Shown piece by piece: positions 1 to 12,917 of a DNA stretch of 64,000 nucleotides (position 1 is the stretch's first letter; the number at the start of each line of letters is the position of its first letter). Under the pieces are notes generated by a model that saw nothing but the letters and a program-made list of their open reading frames with translations, had not been told where the DNA came from and searched no databases. Source of the DNA: Eledone cirrhosa. Lineage: Eukaryota. The DNA lies in NCBI GenBank assembly GCA_964016885.1, contig OZ024744.1, positions 109,430,001-109,494,000 on the forward strand, read 5' to 3'. The translations under genes and the position numbers were made by a program.

Positions 1-148
1 CCATTTTCTACCAAAGTATAGTTATATGTAATTAGTTATGTCTACCATTTTCTACCAAAGTATAGTTATATGTAATTAGTTGTGTCTACCATTTTCTACC
101 AAAGTATTGTTATATGTAATTAGTTATGTCTACCATTTTCTACCAAAC
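1..148. repeat. 44-bp tandem repeat, about 3.4 copies (cut by window edge)
   Basis: CCATTTTCTACCAAAGTATAGTTATATGTAATTAGTTATGTCTA restarts at 1, 45, 89 and 133. Confidence 0.9.
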
Positions 149-550
149 TCCATGGCCCATTCAGTAATACGCATGACGAATAAATGTGGTTCTATACTTT
201 GAATACTTAGAATTAATTAACTAATTAATTAATTTTCCCTTCCCTTCATTATTTGAATATATTCGGTCACTAGACCTATTTTCTTTACATTACGTCAGTC
301 GCAGGTGCGCCGTACCAGGTTTTCGTGTACAATAATTTAATTAGCCCTTAACCATTCGTTAATTTATTTCCGCGAATCTTGACATTATAATTAACCACCT
401 TTGTAACCATACACTATCAACACTTTAATATTTATATTTCTTCACAATTTATCTCCTCTGATTATTTTTTCCTAATTCATTTAACCTCAACACATGATTT
501 TCATAATTTTTATAATTGTTCGAACTCTTTATCATTTTTATAATTTTTTG

Positions 551-990
551 TTAATTTTTTGTTAATTCTATTCTAATCTTTTCTTTCGTCTGTGTGTGTT
601 GAATCTTATCTAGTTTGTTGATTCCTAAGTATTTGTATGTCTGAGTTTGATCTAGTTCTCTTATTTCTGTTTCTTTATCTAACATGATATTAGTGTTTTT
701 CACTAGTTTCCCTCTCTTAACAGTTGCCTTGGCACATTTTTCTAGACCAAAATCCATGCCTATTTCTTTTGTGAATCCGTGTACAGTTTGAAGCAGTGTT
801 TGGAGTTGTTTTTCATTTATAGCATACAGCTTTAGATCATCTATATATAGGAGATAGTTAATTTTCCCATTGTAGTATTTATACTCTATCCCAGTTCGGT
901 TTAGTGTTTCAGATAGTGGCTAGGCAGAAAAGCAGTGGTGATAGGGAGTTTGCTTGGAATATGCCTCTGTTGATTGGGATAGGCTCTGTT
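551..990 (-). mobile_element. R4/Dong-like non-LTR retrotransposon RT fragment (disrupted)
   Basis: Minus-strand translation gives RGIFQANSLSPLLFCLA, a frameshift, then KINYLLYIDDLKLYA...IGMDFGLEKCAK...YKYLGI, which are RT motifs typical of R4/Dong elements. Confidence 0.8.
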
Positions 991-1019
991 TTTATTTTTT
1001 TTTTATTTTGTTTGTGTCA

Positions 1020-1495
1020 CCGAAGTCTCCACTGCTACGGGCTCGACCGCAAACCTGTCGGAGAGCGACCGATATTTGGAGAGTTTACCCTCCTCGGCCC
1101 AGAGGTGCAGCAGAGCCTGGGTTAGTCGAAGACTGCACAAGGTTGCCGCTGGAGAATATGTCACTGTATATCGCATTCAATATTAGGGGTCTACCACCGC
1201 GGAACAGGAAGATGGCAGTGCTGGCACTGTAGATACTGTAGACACTGTAGAAGGTGACCGGCACAGTAGACACAGGACAGCAATTAGAGGCCGAAAGAGT
1301 CTACAGTGGATCCGTAGTGACATTTGTGTGGCTCGCAGATCCGAAAGCCGAGCCTCAGGGAAACCCCGATTCGCAGGATATGATTATCCAGCTACATGCC
1401 AGTCGAAAAGGAGGGTAAGACATTGAGCCAGGCACCGCTGTGGAGTTGCGAGGCCGTTCGAAAACATGCGAGGCGGTGCTGGTCGATTTCTGATT
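1020..1495 (-). mobile_element. CRE-clade non-LTR retrotransposon C-terminal fragment (decayed)
   Basis: Minus strand: HSGAWLNVLPSFSTGM*LDNHILRIGVSLRLGFRICEPHKCHYGSTVDSFGL*LLSC, then IFLFRGGRPLILNAIYSDIFSSGNLVQSSTNPGSAA; matches the CRE zinc-knuckle/restriction-like endonuclease region. Confidence 0.75.
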
Positions 1496-1622
1496 TTCTG
1501 TACACAACCTTCAGTAACGATTATATTTATATAATGTATATATGTGCATATCATTTTTAAAATTGATTAATGGAGTGCTACATTGTATATAATTTATTGG
1601 ATAGATCGATAGGAATAGCGAG

Positions 1623-1669
<47 letters not shown>

Positions 1670-1672
<3 letters not shown>

Positions 1673-1862
1673 CGAAGGAAATGTGGTAAGGAACCAGGTG
1701 GACCATAACGCACCAAAGTACTCAATACTTAGGGTAGTAGAGTGGGTAATAGGAACGAGTAGGACCCCGACGGCTGAGCTCAAGCCGTTTCGACGGAAAT
1801 GGAAAAGAATGAAATGAAATGAAATTTCTCACTCTTAGTACGGCTGATTCTTAAATGTAAGT
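1670..1862. repeat. Dispersed (TA)n-flanked repeat; related copies at 39364-39508 (inverted), 54275-54330, 54955-55000 and 58296-58357
   Basis: Near-identical text AACGAAGGAAATGTGGTAAGGAACCAGGTGGACC...GACGGCTGAGCTCAAGCCGTTTCGACG and GAAATTTC...TCACTCTTAGTACGGC at the listed sites. Confidence 0.75.
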
Positions 1863-2335
1863 ATATATATATATATATACACCCTAGGTTTTTAAATCGA
1901 AACCTTCTTCAATCTTAATAATTGTCTCTATGCAGATGAGACAGGTGTAAACACATGTAAACAATGAACCATTCTGTTACAATAAATAATAATTGACATG
2001 GTATCTTCAAATGCCTTTCATCGGGAGTCAGAATGAAGGGTTTATTTATCAGATCAAGCAGGGAGAATATGGGCAAACAATGAAAGAACACAGAGATTAT
2101 AAGCAAGCTTGGAAAATACAGTGAAGAGGTATTATCAGACTTGTGATGCACACAGCCATGTAGTTTTTGTTCAACTGCAGGTGACTTCAAAGTACCGCTT
2201 CGATTGGACTCTTCTGCTTTCTGTCAACCACATGTGCGCATTGAGCTTTTCACCCCTTACCAAAAATAATAGTGGACTCTTCCTCTGTAACTACTCATAT
2301 ATACATACATACATACAGACACACACACATATATG

Positions 2336-2367
<32 letters not shown>

Positions 2368-2476
2368 TATATGTATATATATAATATGTATACATCAAAG
2401 TATATGGGGGGTTAAAAGGGCAATAAAACAGGTAATAAAGAACAATAATATATTTAAAAGGATAGATTGCTACCAA

Positions 2477-2571
2477 AGAAGAAGAAGAAGAAGAAGAAGA
2501 AGAAGAAGAAGAAGAAGAAGAAGAAGAAGAAGAAGAAGAAGAAGAAGAAGAAGAGGGAGGAGGAGGAGGAT
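2477..2571. repeat. (GAA)n/(GGA)n microsatellite
   Basis: Direct. Confidence 0.95.
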
Positions 2572-3009
2572 TCAATAGAACTGTCAAGGAATGTCACCTA
2601 CTCACCGCCATTGTTACAGAATTGACTAGCCGCAGGTGAGAGCCTCACGTGCCGGAATGATTCTTCCAGCGCGTTTCCCTCACCATCTTCTGGGGGGAAA
2701 CTCCTTCCCTATTCTATCCGAAGAGCAAGAGAGACGGAGACAGTTACAGTGGGAGTTTGGTTCTATTGTGTTCGTACCTGGTGTTTATCTATATATTTAT
2801 TTACCACACCACATTAACTGTAAAGGGAAGTATAAGTTAAAGGGAAATACGTACAAATACCAGCGAAATCATGCAAAACGAAAGTTTAACCTCTTAACCA
2901 ATATACCTTCATGTTGTGACAGTGTTATTAACCTAATATTTATCTCAAATCCATTGAATATTGTATATATAAGTGTACCGTTTCAGCACATACCAAGACA
3001 TATATTGGA

Positions 3010-3050
3010 TTAACCGCCATTAACCGCCATTAACCGCCATTAACCGCCAT
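3010..3050. repeat. 10-bp tandem repeat TAACCGCCAT x4
   Basis: Direct. Confidence 0.9.
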
Positions 3051-3259
3051 TTCTTTCTCTCTACGATGTCACCAACACAACACACACAATCATTTAGGAA
3101 GCCGACTGTAAAACGTTTCAAAACTTTATCCGGGTTTTCATCGCAGCTGAAAGACTTTACAACATGTAAAGTACTGTAATTCGGTGATGATTAAACGGAC
3201 ATGTAGCCATAGAATATATATTATACACAGGATATATCTAAGAGATAGATGACTAACGA

Positions 3260-4260
3260 AAGTGACAGGATCCTCCGGGAATATGCACAAACACACTCAC
3301 ACCCCCATCCGGCTCCGGATGCCACTGACCGCTTTCTCGCCCTGGGCCGACGACCATCTTCTTGGATTGGACGCCGATATCCGGGAAATTTAGCACCCTG
3401 GATTGCCTTCGTCGACGCCTGCCGTAGCGCAGTAAACCCGCTTCGACCTCCGCCGCCGCTCCAAACGGAATAACATCTCTCTTTCCGCCCCCTCCGTAAC
3501 CGCGATGATATCGTCATCAAACCGGCGGACAAGGGAAGCGCCGTGGTGGTATAGCGCGCCAACCTCTACACGGCTGAAGCCCTCAGGCAGCTCCGCAACC
3601 CCCCTCCTCTTCTACTGCTCCTTACCTTCCGACCCCCACCCCCTCTGCCAACAACAAGCTTCCTCCACCATCCAACACCTCGTCTCCTCCTCCCTCCTCT
3701 CTCCCACCGCCTCCCACCTCATAGTCCCCCCCCTCGCACCCCCACCATCTACTTCCTCCCCAAGATCCACGAGAAAACCCCCGACAACCCCGACCACCCC
3801 ATCGTCTCCGCCTGCAATTGCCCCACCGAACTCATCTCAGCCTTTCTCGACTCCATCCTCGTCCCTCCCCCTCTTCACCGCCTTCCCCCTCCCACATCTC
3901 CGACACCAACCACGCCCTTCGCCTTTTTGACTCGTTCACCTACCCACCCGGCCCACACACCCTCCTATTCACCCTCTACACCGTCATCCCCCACACCGAC
4001 GGCCTACGCGCCCTGCGGCACTACCCCGACCTTCGCCTTTCACCACTTCTTTTCAACTTATTGTCCCACTCATGTGTTATTTTTATTTTTATTTTTGACC
4101 CTTCTCTTTAATTCTTTTCCTGTTATTTTAATGTCTTTCCACCACTCCACCCTCACACCCTCTCGGAACTCTTTTCCTTCCCACCTTTCTCCCGATGAAG
4201 GGTTTATGCCCGAAACGTCGTTCCCCATCCACCACTCCCAAGCATGAACCTAATATACCT
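3260..4260 (+). mobile_element. Penelope-like element (Neptune type): N-terminal RT fragment fused to its 3' terminal repeat
   Basis: Across frameshifts: DIVIKPADKGSAVVV, IYFLPKIH, PIVSACNCPTELISAFLDSIL, DTNHALRLFDSF, LYTVIPHTDGLRALRHY; ends in a hammerhead-bearing terminus CCGATGAAGGGTTTATGCCCGAAACGTC...GCATGAACCTAATA. Confidence 0.85.
4188..4222 (+). ncRNA. Minimal type I hammerhead ribozyme motif, core variant CCGATGA
   Basis: CCGATGA-AGGG-TTTATG-CCC-GAAAC-GTC at a PLE 3' end. Confidence 0.65.
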
Positions 4261-4266
4261 TTCGTG

Positions 4267-4297
<31 letters not shown>

Positions 4298-4394
4298 AGC
4301 TGCTAAATGGTCGGCCGCCCTCATGCCTCTGATTTTCAGCACCATGGATTTTGTTTATTATATTCCTTGATATCACCGGATTCATATATTTTGA

Positions 4395-4452
4395 ATACCT
4401 GATGATATCACCGGATTCATACTGAACACGGTCATTGAAATGATCATAGTAT
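4395..4452 (+). ncRNA. Type I hammerhead motif (family also at 30233-30290)
   Basis: ATAC-CTGATGA-(ACCG...CGGT stem II)-GAA-ATGATCAT palindromic stem III-A-GTAT. Confidence 0.6.
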
Positions 4453-4668
4453 AATAAACCTTTTAAGGAATTACATCAGTACAGCCTCCTGTTATTTTAT
4501 AATAATTAATTCCGTAGTTGCACCACCAACTACACAAACGAAGGCGGGTGAGTTGCATTACGTCGAGTGCTCTCCATAATATTACATCGAGGTTGACCAT
4601 ACGGAATGACCAGTTCTATCCAGTGGTGAACCAACAAACCTAAATACATATATATATATAATAATAAT

Positions 4669-4846
4669 AATTGTTTCTACTTTAGGCACAAGGCCAACAA
4701 TTACCCATTACTTTATTTTATCGACCCCGTAAGGATGAAAGGCAAAGTCAACCTCGGCGGGATTTGAACTCAGATCGTAAAGAGACGTAACTATGCTGGA
4801 AAGCATGGCGTCCGACCTTCTACCGATACTGCCAATCCACCGCCCT
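4669..4846 (-). mobile_element. tRNA-derived SINE with Nin/Deu-like central domain
   Basis: Minus strand: A-box-like GGATTGGCAGTATCGG, B-box GAGTTCAAATCC, GGTTGACTTTGCCTTTCATCCTTACGGGGTCGATAAA...; (ATT)n tail; many copies in the window. Confidence 0.85.
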
Positions 4847-5055
4847 CCATAATATAATAATAATAATAATAATAATATTTATAGTTATGTATATAGTATA
4901 AGCAACTATAAACAGGAAGGTCAGTAATTTCCTAATTACCTTATTACCAGTAAGAGAAATAGCTCAATGTATGAACATCAGTTGTTTTATAGAGCAGTTA
5001 AATAAATAAATAAATAAATTATACAATTATCAAAGTTGTGTTCAAATCATTTAAT

Positions 5056-5101
5056 AGCTGACAATCGTTTCTTCCAAACTCTCTCTGGAATCATCGGAGC
5101 T
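5056..5101 (-). ncRNA. Type I hammerhead motif, core variant CCGATGA
   Basis: Minus: AGCT-CCGATGA-TTCCA...TGGAA-GAAAC-GATT-GTC-AGCT; stems I and II pair fully. Confidence 0.65.
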
Positions 5102-5519
5102 CTATCAATGTTTGCACATATAATTAACCTCCTATTCAACTGAACAATAATATAGATACATATAAATTGATGTTGTGAGCAACAGTTTCGTATTTACAGG
5201 GTGGAATGGATGTGACACATATTTTACGAGAATTGTGTTCAAGTTCTAATTCAAATCAAAATTAAAATTAAAATCAAAAGCACGGAGTGGATTACATGCA
5301 ACAGTTAAAACAAGGGAATAGTTCAAATATTAAATAGGCATTGAGGAAGCAGTTTTAAGAAAGGAAGAGTGCGATAACAATTCATATGCAGGCGTGTGGA
5401 TAGTGTGACTGCGTAAGTCATATACATGAGAAGGAGACAAGCAAAGCTATTATGCATATATAGATGAATAAATACTGCAGTTGAACCATATATGTTATAT
5501 ATATATATGTATATATAGG

Positions 5520-8020
5520 AAAAGTAAAAAAACAAACAATAATAAGGAGTGTAGTTACGCTTGAGAGTGGGGGTGATGGACGACGTTTAGGACATAAACC
5601 CTTCATCAGAAGGAAAAGAATTCCGAGAGGGTGGGGGTGGGGGAAGACATTAAAATAATAGGAAAAAATTAAAGTAAAGGGAAAAAAATAAAAATAAAAA
5701 CAAGTGGTGAAAGGGTGTGAGGCGTGTAGAGGTGGTGGTGGGTGGATGGAGGGGTAGGGAGATGGGAGAAGGAAATTGGGGGTCCGAGCGGGGGAGGGCG
5801 AAAGGTGGTGTGTGTGTATATGTGTAGGTGCACGTGTGTGTATGTGAGTGTGAGATTGTTGGGGAAGAACGAGGTTCCATGTTCGGGTAATAGGAAAACC
5901 AGTGTGTACATGGGGTGGGGTGTAAGTCAGTGTGTGGATGGAGAGGGATCAGAAGGGGTGGGGGTGAGGGAGCGTGCGGGATCCGGATGCAGAGTGGGTG
6001 TATGTGAAGATATGCACGTGTGTGTGTCTGTGTGTGTGTTTTTTTTTGAGTGGTGTGGATACGTGGGAATGTATGGTTGTGTGTGTGCGAAAATGGTGTA
6101 AGTGATTGTGTGTGTGTGTGTGTGCGTTCCTGAATGTTCTTCCGGTGAGTGTGAGGTCAGGTGGTGAAAATCCGGTTAGATCTGGTAGATGTACTGAGAG
6201 TGTGACCAGCGATGTAGGATCCGTTGGATTGGTGAGGAGGAAGTAGAAAGTTGTGGGGTGCGCGCGCAACAGGAAGTAGTCAAGAAGGTCAAAGCAGGGG
6301 GTAGAGATGGCAGGGCGAAGTGTGCGAGAGAGAGAGGGAGAGGAGATAGCAGTCAAGAGGGTAGGGAACAGTGAGGCGTGTGGTAGTTTGCAGGTGTAGC
6401 CTGTATGTGTGTGTGTGTGTGTGTAATGTGTATATGTGTGTGCGGAGGTGCGGTGGACGGGAGGGGAGGTGGGTCAGTGTGAAAAGTTGAAGGAGAGGGT
6501 GGCGGTGTGTGTATGGGGTATTGTGTATATTAGTGGAGGTGTTAGTAGGATGTGTGTGTGGGAGGGGTGGGGGTGGGGGGTAGGGGGTAGGGGGGGGGAG
6601 AAGGTGCTGGGTACAATATGAGTGAGTGTAATATACCGGTGTGTGTTTGGGTGTGAGTGTGAGTGTGTGGTAGCGTGGGGATTACTATTATTAGTGTGTG
6701 TCTGTGTGTGTGTGTGTGAGATATGGGGGTTGAATACGGGTGTGAGGGTGGGGGTTAGTGGTGGTAGTGCGGGTGTGGAGTAGGTTGTGTATCGGTGTGT
6801 ACACGTGGGTGTGGGTGAGTGTATATATGCTGGTGTGTGTTCGCGTGTGTGTGTGTGTGTGTGTGGTGAGGGGGGAAGGTGGATTGGGGGATGTTTAGTA
6901 TTATTAGGGGTGGGCGTGGTCGGATGTAGATGTGTGGGTTGGGGTGGTGGTAGTAGGGGGTGTGTGAATAGCGTGAGTGAGTGTATATATGTACTGGTGT
7001 GTGTGTGTGTATGCGTGTGTGATAGGGGGGATGAAGGGGGGGGGGGTTATTAGTATTATTAGTGGTGGGGTGAACCAGGGTGATGGGGATGGCTGGAAGT
7101 GGAGGGGAGGATTGTTAATCTTGGGAGTGTTTTAGTGCTGTTAGTAAGGGGTGTAGGGGAGGGGGAGGGGCACGGTAGAAGGCTAAAGGAAGAGAGTGGG
7201 GAGTTCAGACCGGGGCGGGGGGAGGGGTCTGTAGAGTGAAGATGGTGTGTTGTTCGGCCCTAAAGCGGGTTGCAGGGGTCCCATGGCATTCGATCAGGCC
7301 ACAAGACGGTGGGGTTGTTGGCGGAGTGGCCAGGGGAACCAAAGTGGCGGACGGACGATGGGGGGACTCCCGCCGAGACGGATATCTCGGAGGTGCCCCG
7401 TGAACCGATCCGTCAGGCGACGTCCGGTCTGTCCGACACAGGTTGCGCTGCATTCCGTGCAGCGAAGTCCATAAGCGAGGTTGGAGGAGGTGCAGCGGAA
7501 GGCATGCCGGACAACGAAGAGAGAGTGGCCGTTGGGACCCTTCACTTCAAGGTGGTGGTGGTGTTGGTAATGTGGGGGCAGGTGTGGCAGCGAGATCTGG
7601 AGCAGGGAAGGGAATGGGGGAGGGCGCGTCGGAAGAGGCGGAGGATCGTTCGTTGGAGGTGTAGGGTGGTGGGGTGGTAGGTGATGAGGGGAAGGGGAGA
7701 CAGTGGGTGTGTGGGTGCGGGGCCAGAGGAGAGGGCGGTGGAGCGGTGGACTGCGCGGATGCGGGTGAGGGTGGCGTGGACGAGGGAGGAGGGTAACCTC
7801 TCCGGATGAAATGGCTGTCCAGAGAAAGAACCTGGGTCCCGAAGTCTGCATCTCGGCTGGGCTGCAGAGGCGGTGGACCCGGAGGAGTTGGGAGTAGGGA
7901 ATGGAGTGTTTGGTGTGTGTGTGTGTGGGGGGAGGGAGGAGGTGAAGTCGAGGTAGGAGTGGGAGGAGGTGGGTTTAAAGAAAGCGGGGGTGATGAGGGA
8001 GCGGTGGGAGGGGTCGATGG
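5520..8020 (-). mobile_element. Penelope-like element (Neptune type): thumb, Cys linker, GIY-YIG endonuclease remnant and degenerate 3' region ending in a hammerhead-bearing terminus
   Basis: FFKPTSSHSYLDFTSS, RRGYP, PCSRSRCHTCPHI, AFRCTSSNLAYGLRCTECSATCVGQTGRRLTDRFTGHLRDIR at 7205-8020; the terminus at 5545-5612 matches that of the + strand copy (CTGATGAAGGGTTTATGTCCTAAACGTC). Confidence 0.8.
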
Positions 8021-8021
8021 C

Positions 8022-8062
<41 letters not shown>

Positions 8063-8254
8063 CATAAGATAGGTTAGGTATGACAAAAAGGAGACAGGTA
8101 AAGAATAGAGATAGACAAACAGATATAGATGAGAGAGAGGGGGAGAGGTGAAGGGGAGGAGGGAGAGGAAGAGAAAGGATGAATGAGGGAAACAGGAGCG
8201 AATTAATTATAATTATTTGAAAGAAAAAGAAAGTGAGAATGCGTATAAAAAGGT

Positions 8255-8280
8255 TTGTAAGAGAGGAACGGGGAAAGTGT

Positions 8281-8323
<43 letters not shown>

Positions 8324-8601
8324 TATGTATGTGTGTGTATGTGTGTGTGTCTGTGTATGTGTGTGTGTCTGTGTGAGAGAGATATAGATAGAGAGAGAGA
8401 GAGAGGAACGGGGAAAGTGTGTGTATGTGCGTGTGTGAGTATGTGTATGTATGTGTGTGTATGTGTGTGTCTGTGTATGTCTGTGTGTGTCTGTGTGTGT
8501 CTGTGTGAGAGAGATATAGATAGAGAGAGAGAGAGAGGAACGGGGAAAGTGTGTGTATGTGTGTGTGTATGTATGTGTGTGTGTGTCTGTGTGAGAGAGA
8601 T

Positions 8602-8633
<32 letters not shown>

Positions 8634-9118
8634 GAACGGGGAAAGTGTGTGTATGTGTGTCTGTGTATGTGTATGTATGTGTGTGTATGTGTGTGTCTGT
8701 GTATGTCTGTGTGTGTCTGTATGAGAGAGATATAGATAGAGAGAGAGAGAGAGGAACGGGGAAAGTGTGTGTATGTGTGTATGTGTGTATGTCTGTGTGT
8801 GTGTGTGTGAGAGAGATATAGATAGAGAGAGAGAGAGAGGAACGGGGAAAGTGTGTGTATGTGTGTGTCTGTGTATGTCTGTGTGTGTCTGTATGAGAGA
8901 GATATAGATAGAGAGAGAGAGAGAGGAACGGGGAAAGTGTGTGTATGTGTGTATGTATGTGTGTGTGTGTGTGTGTGAGAGAGATATAGATAGAGAGAGA
9001 GAGGAACGGGGAAAGTGTGTGTATGTGTGTGTGTGTGTGAGAGAGATATAGATAGAGAGAGAGAGAGAGAGGAACGGGGAAAGTGTGTGTATGTGTGTGT
9101 ATGTGCATGTGTGTGTAT

Positions 9119-9160
<42 letters not shown>

Positions 9161-9232
9161 TATAGATAGAGAGAGAGAGAGAGAGGAACGGGGAAAGTGT
9201 GTGTATGTGTGTGTATGTGCATGTGTGTGTAT

Positions 9233-9274
<42 letters not shown>

Positions 9275-9490
9275 TATAGATAGAGAGAGAGAGAGAGAGG
9301 AACGGGGAAAGTGTATGTATGTGTGTGTATGTGCATGTGTGTGTATGTGTATGTGTGTGTGTATGTGTGTCTGTGTGTGTGTATGTGTGTATGTGTGTGT
9401 GTGTATGTGTGTGTGTCTGTGTATGTGTGTGTGTCTGTGTGAGAGAGATATAGATAGAGAGAGAGAGAGAGAGAGGAACGGGGAAAGTGT

Positions 9491-9533
<43 letters not shown>

Positions 9534-10065
9534 TGTATGTGTGTGTCTGTGTATGTCTGTGTGTGTCTGTGTGTGTCTGTGTGTGTCTGTGTGAGAGAGA
9601 TATAGATAGAGAGAGAGAGAGAGGAACGGGGAAAGTGTGTGTATGTGTGTCTGTGTGTGTGTATGTGTGTATGTATGTGTGTGTATGTGTGTGTGTGAAG
9701 AGATATAGATAGAGAGAGAGAGAGGAACGGGGAAAGTGTGTGTGTGTGTGTGTCTGTGTCTGTGTATGTGTGTGTGTCTGTGTGTGAGATATATAGATAG
9801 AGAGAGAGGAACGGGGAAAGTGTGTGTATGTGTGTGTGTATGTGTGTATGTGTATGTGTATGTGTGTGTGTATGTGCGTATGTGTATGTGTATGTGTGTG
9901 TATGTGTGTGTATGTGTGTGTGTGTCTGTGTGTGAGAGATAACGATAGAGAGGAACGGGAGAAAGTGTGTGTGTATGTGTGTGTGTGTGTATGTGTATAT
10001 GTGTGTGTGTGTGTATGTGTGTGTGTATGTGTATGTGTATGTGTGTGTATATGTGTGTGTGTGTA

Positions 10066-10096
<31 letters not shown>

Positions 10097-10664
10097 GTGT
10101 ATATGTGTGTGTGTGTATGTGTGTGTGTGTGTCTGTGTCTGTGTGTGTCTGTGTGTGTCTGTGTGTGTGTCTGTGTGTGAGAGATATAGATAGAGAGAGA
10201 GAGAGAGGAACGGGAGAAAGTGTGTGTGTATGTGTGTGTATGTGTGTGTATGTGTATGTGTGTGTGTGTATGTTTGTGTATGTGTGTGTGTATGTGTGTG
10301 TGTCTGTGTGTGTGTCTGTGTGTGAGAGATATAGATAAAGAGAGAGAGAGGAACGGGAGAAAGTGTGTGTGTATGTGTGTATGTGTGAGATATATATAGA
10401 GAAAGAGGAACGGGAGAAAGTGTGTGTGTATGTGTGTGTATGTGTATGTGTGTGTGTGTATGTGTGTGTGTATATGTGTGTGTGTGTATGTGTGTGTGTG
10501 TGTCTGTGTCTGTGTCTGTGTGTGTGTCTGTGTGTGAGAGATATAGATAGAGAGAGAGAAAGAGGAACGGGAGAAAGTGTGTGTGTATGTGTGTATGTGT
10601 GTGTGTGTGTGAGATATATATAGAGAAAGAGGAACGGGAGAAAGTGTGTGTGTATGTGTGTGTA

Positions 10665-10715
<51 letters not shown>

Positions 10716-10816
10716 ATGTGTGTGTGTGTGTGTGTATGTGTGTGTGTCTGTGTATGGGTGTGTGTGTGACATATATATAGAGAAAGAGGAACGGGGGAAA
10801 GTGTGTGTGTATGTGT

Positions 10817-10863
<47 letters not shown>

Positions 10864-11220
10864 TGTGTGTGTGTGTGTGTATGTGTCTGTTACTGTGTAT
10901 GGGTGTGTGTGTGACATATATATAGAGAAAGAGGAACGGGGGAAAGTGTGTGTATATGTGTGTAATATGTGTGTGTGTATGTGTGTGTGTGTGTACATGT
11001 GTGTGTTGAATGTGTGTGTGTGTATGTGTGTTTCTGTGTGTGTGTGAGAGATATAGATAGAGAGAGAGGAACGAGAGAACGTGTGTGTATGTGTGTGTAT
11101 GTGTGTGTATGTGTATGTGTGTGTGTGTGTATGTATGTGGATGTGTGTGGATGTGTGTGTGTATGTGTGTGTGTGTGCATGAGAGATATAGATAGAGAGG
11201 AACGGGAGAAAGTGTGTGTA

Positions 11221-11255
<35 letters not shown>

Positions 11256-11296
11256 GTGTATGTGTGTGTATGTGTGTGTGTATGTGTGTGTGTGTA

Positions 11297-11327
<31 letters not shown>

Positions 11328-11723
11328 GTGTATATGTGTGTGTGTGTATGTGTGTGTGTGTCTGTGTCTGTGTCTGTGTGTGTCTGTGTGTGTCTGTGTG
11401 TGTGTCTGTGTGTGAGAGATATAGATAAAGAGAGAGAGAGGAACGTGAGAAAGTGTGTGTGTATGTGTGTGTGTGAGAGATATAGATAGAGAGAGAGGAA
11501 CGAGAGAACGTGTGTGTATGTGTGTGTATGTGTGTGTATGTGTATGTATGTGTGTGTGTATGTATGTGGATGTGTGTGGATGTGTGTGTGTATGTGTGTG
11601 TGTGTGCATGAGAGATATAGATAGAGAGGAACGGGAGAAAGTGTGTGTATGTGTGTATATGTGTGTGTGTGTATGTGTGTGTGTATGTGTATGTGTATGT
11701 GTGTGTATATGTGTGTGTGTGTA

Positions 11724-11756
<33 letters not shown>

Positions 11757-11900
11757 GTGTATATGTGTGTGTATGTGTGTGTGTGTCTGTGTCTGTGTCT
11801 GTGTGTGTCTGTGTGTGTCTGTGTGTGTGTCTGTGTGTGAGAGATATAGATAGAGAGAGAGAGAGAGGAACGGGAGAAAGTGTGTGTGTATGTGTGTGTA

Positions 11901-11933
<33 letters not shown>

Positions 11934-12341
11934 GTGTGTGTGTATGTGTGTGTGTGTATGTTTGTGTATGTGTGTGTGTATGTGTGTGTGTCTGTGTGTG
12001 TGTCTGTGTGTGAGAGATATAGATAAAGAGAGAGAGAGGAACGTGAGAAAGTGTGTGTGTATGTGTGTATGTGTGAGATATATATAGAGAAAGAGGAACG
12101 GGAGAAAGTGTGTGTGTATGTGTGTGTATGTGTATGTGTGTGTGTGTATGTGTGTGTGTATATGTGTGTATGTGTGTGTGTGTGTGTGTGTCTGTGTCTG
12201 TGTGTGTGCCTGTGTGTGAGAGATATAGATAGAGAGAGAGAAAGAGGAACGGGAGAAAGTGTGTGTGTATGTGTGTATGTGTGTGTGTGTGTGAGATATA
12301 TATAGAGAAAGAGGAACGGGAGAAAGTGTGTGTGTATGTGT

Positions 12342-12384
<43 letters not shown>

Positions 12385-12480
12385 TGTGTGTGTGTGTGTA
12401 TGTGTGTGTGTCTGTGTATGGGTGTGTGTGTGACATATATATAGAGAAAGAGGAACGGGGGAAAGTGTGTGTGTATGTGT

Positions 12481-12546
<66 letters not shown>

Positions 12547-12880
12547 CTGTTACTGTGTATGGGTGTGTGTGTGACATATATATAGAGAAAGAGGAACGGG
12601 GGAAAGTGTGTGTATATGTGTGTAATATGTGTGTGTGTATGTGTGTGTGTGTGTACATGTGTGTGTTGAATGTGTGTGTGTGTATGTGTGTTTCTGTGTG
12701 TGTGTGAGAGATATAGATAGAGAGAGAGGAACGAGAGAACGTGTGTGTATGTGTGTGTATGTGTGTGTATGTGTATGTATGTGTGTGTGTATGTATGTGG
12801 ATGTGTGTGGATGTGTGTGTGTATGTGTGTGTGTGTGCATGAGAGATATAGATAGAGAGGAACGGGAGAAAGTGTGTATA

Positions 12881-12917
<37 letters not shown>

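Noticed and set aside
2590-3013. 125-aa ORF as a possible host exon
   Set aside because: No recognisable motif or supported splice structure.
5620-8200. Dense G-runs with G-quadruplex potential
   Set aside because: Explained by the compositional skew of the decayed PLE; no evidence of function.
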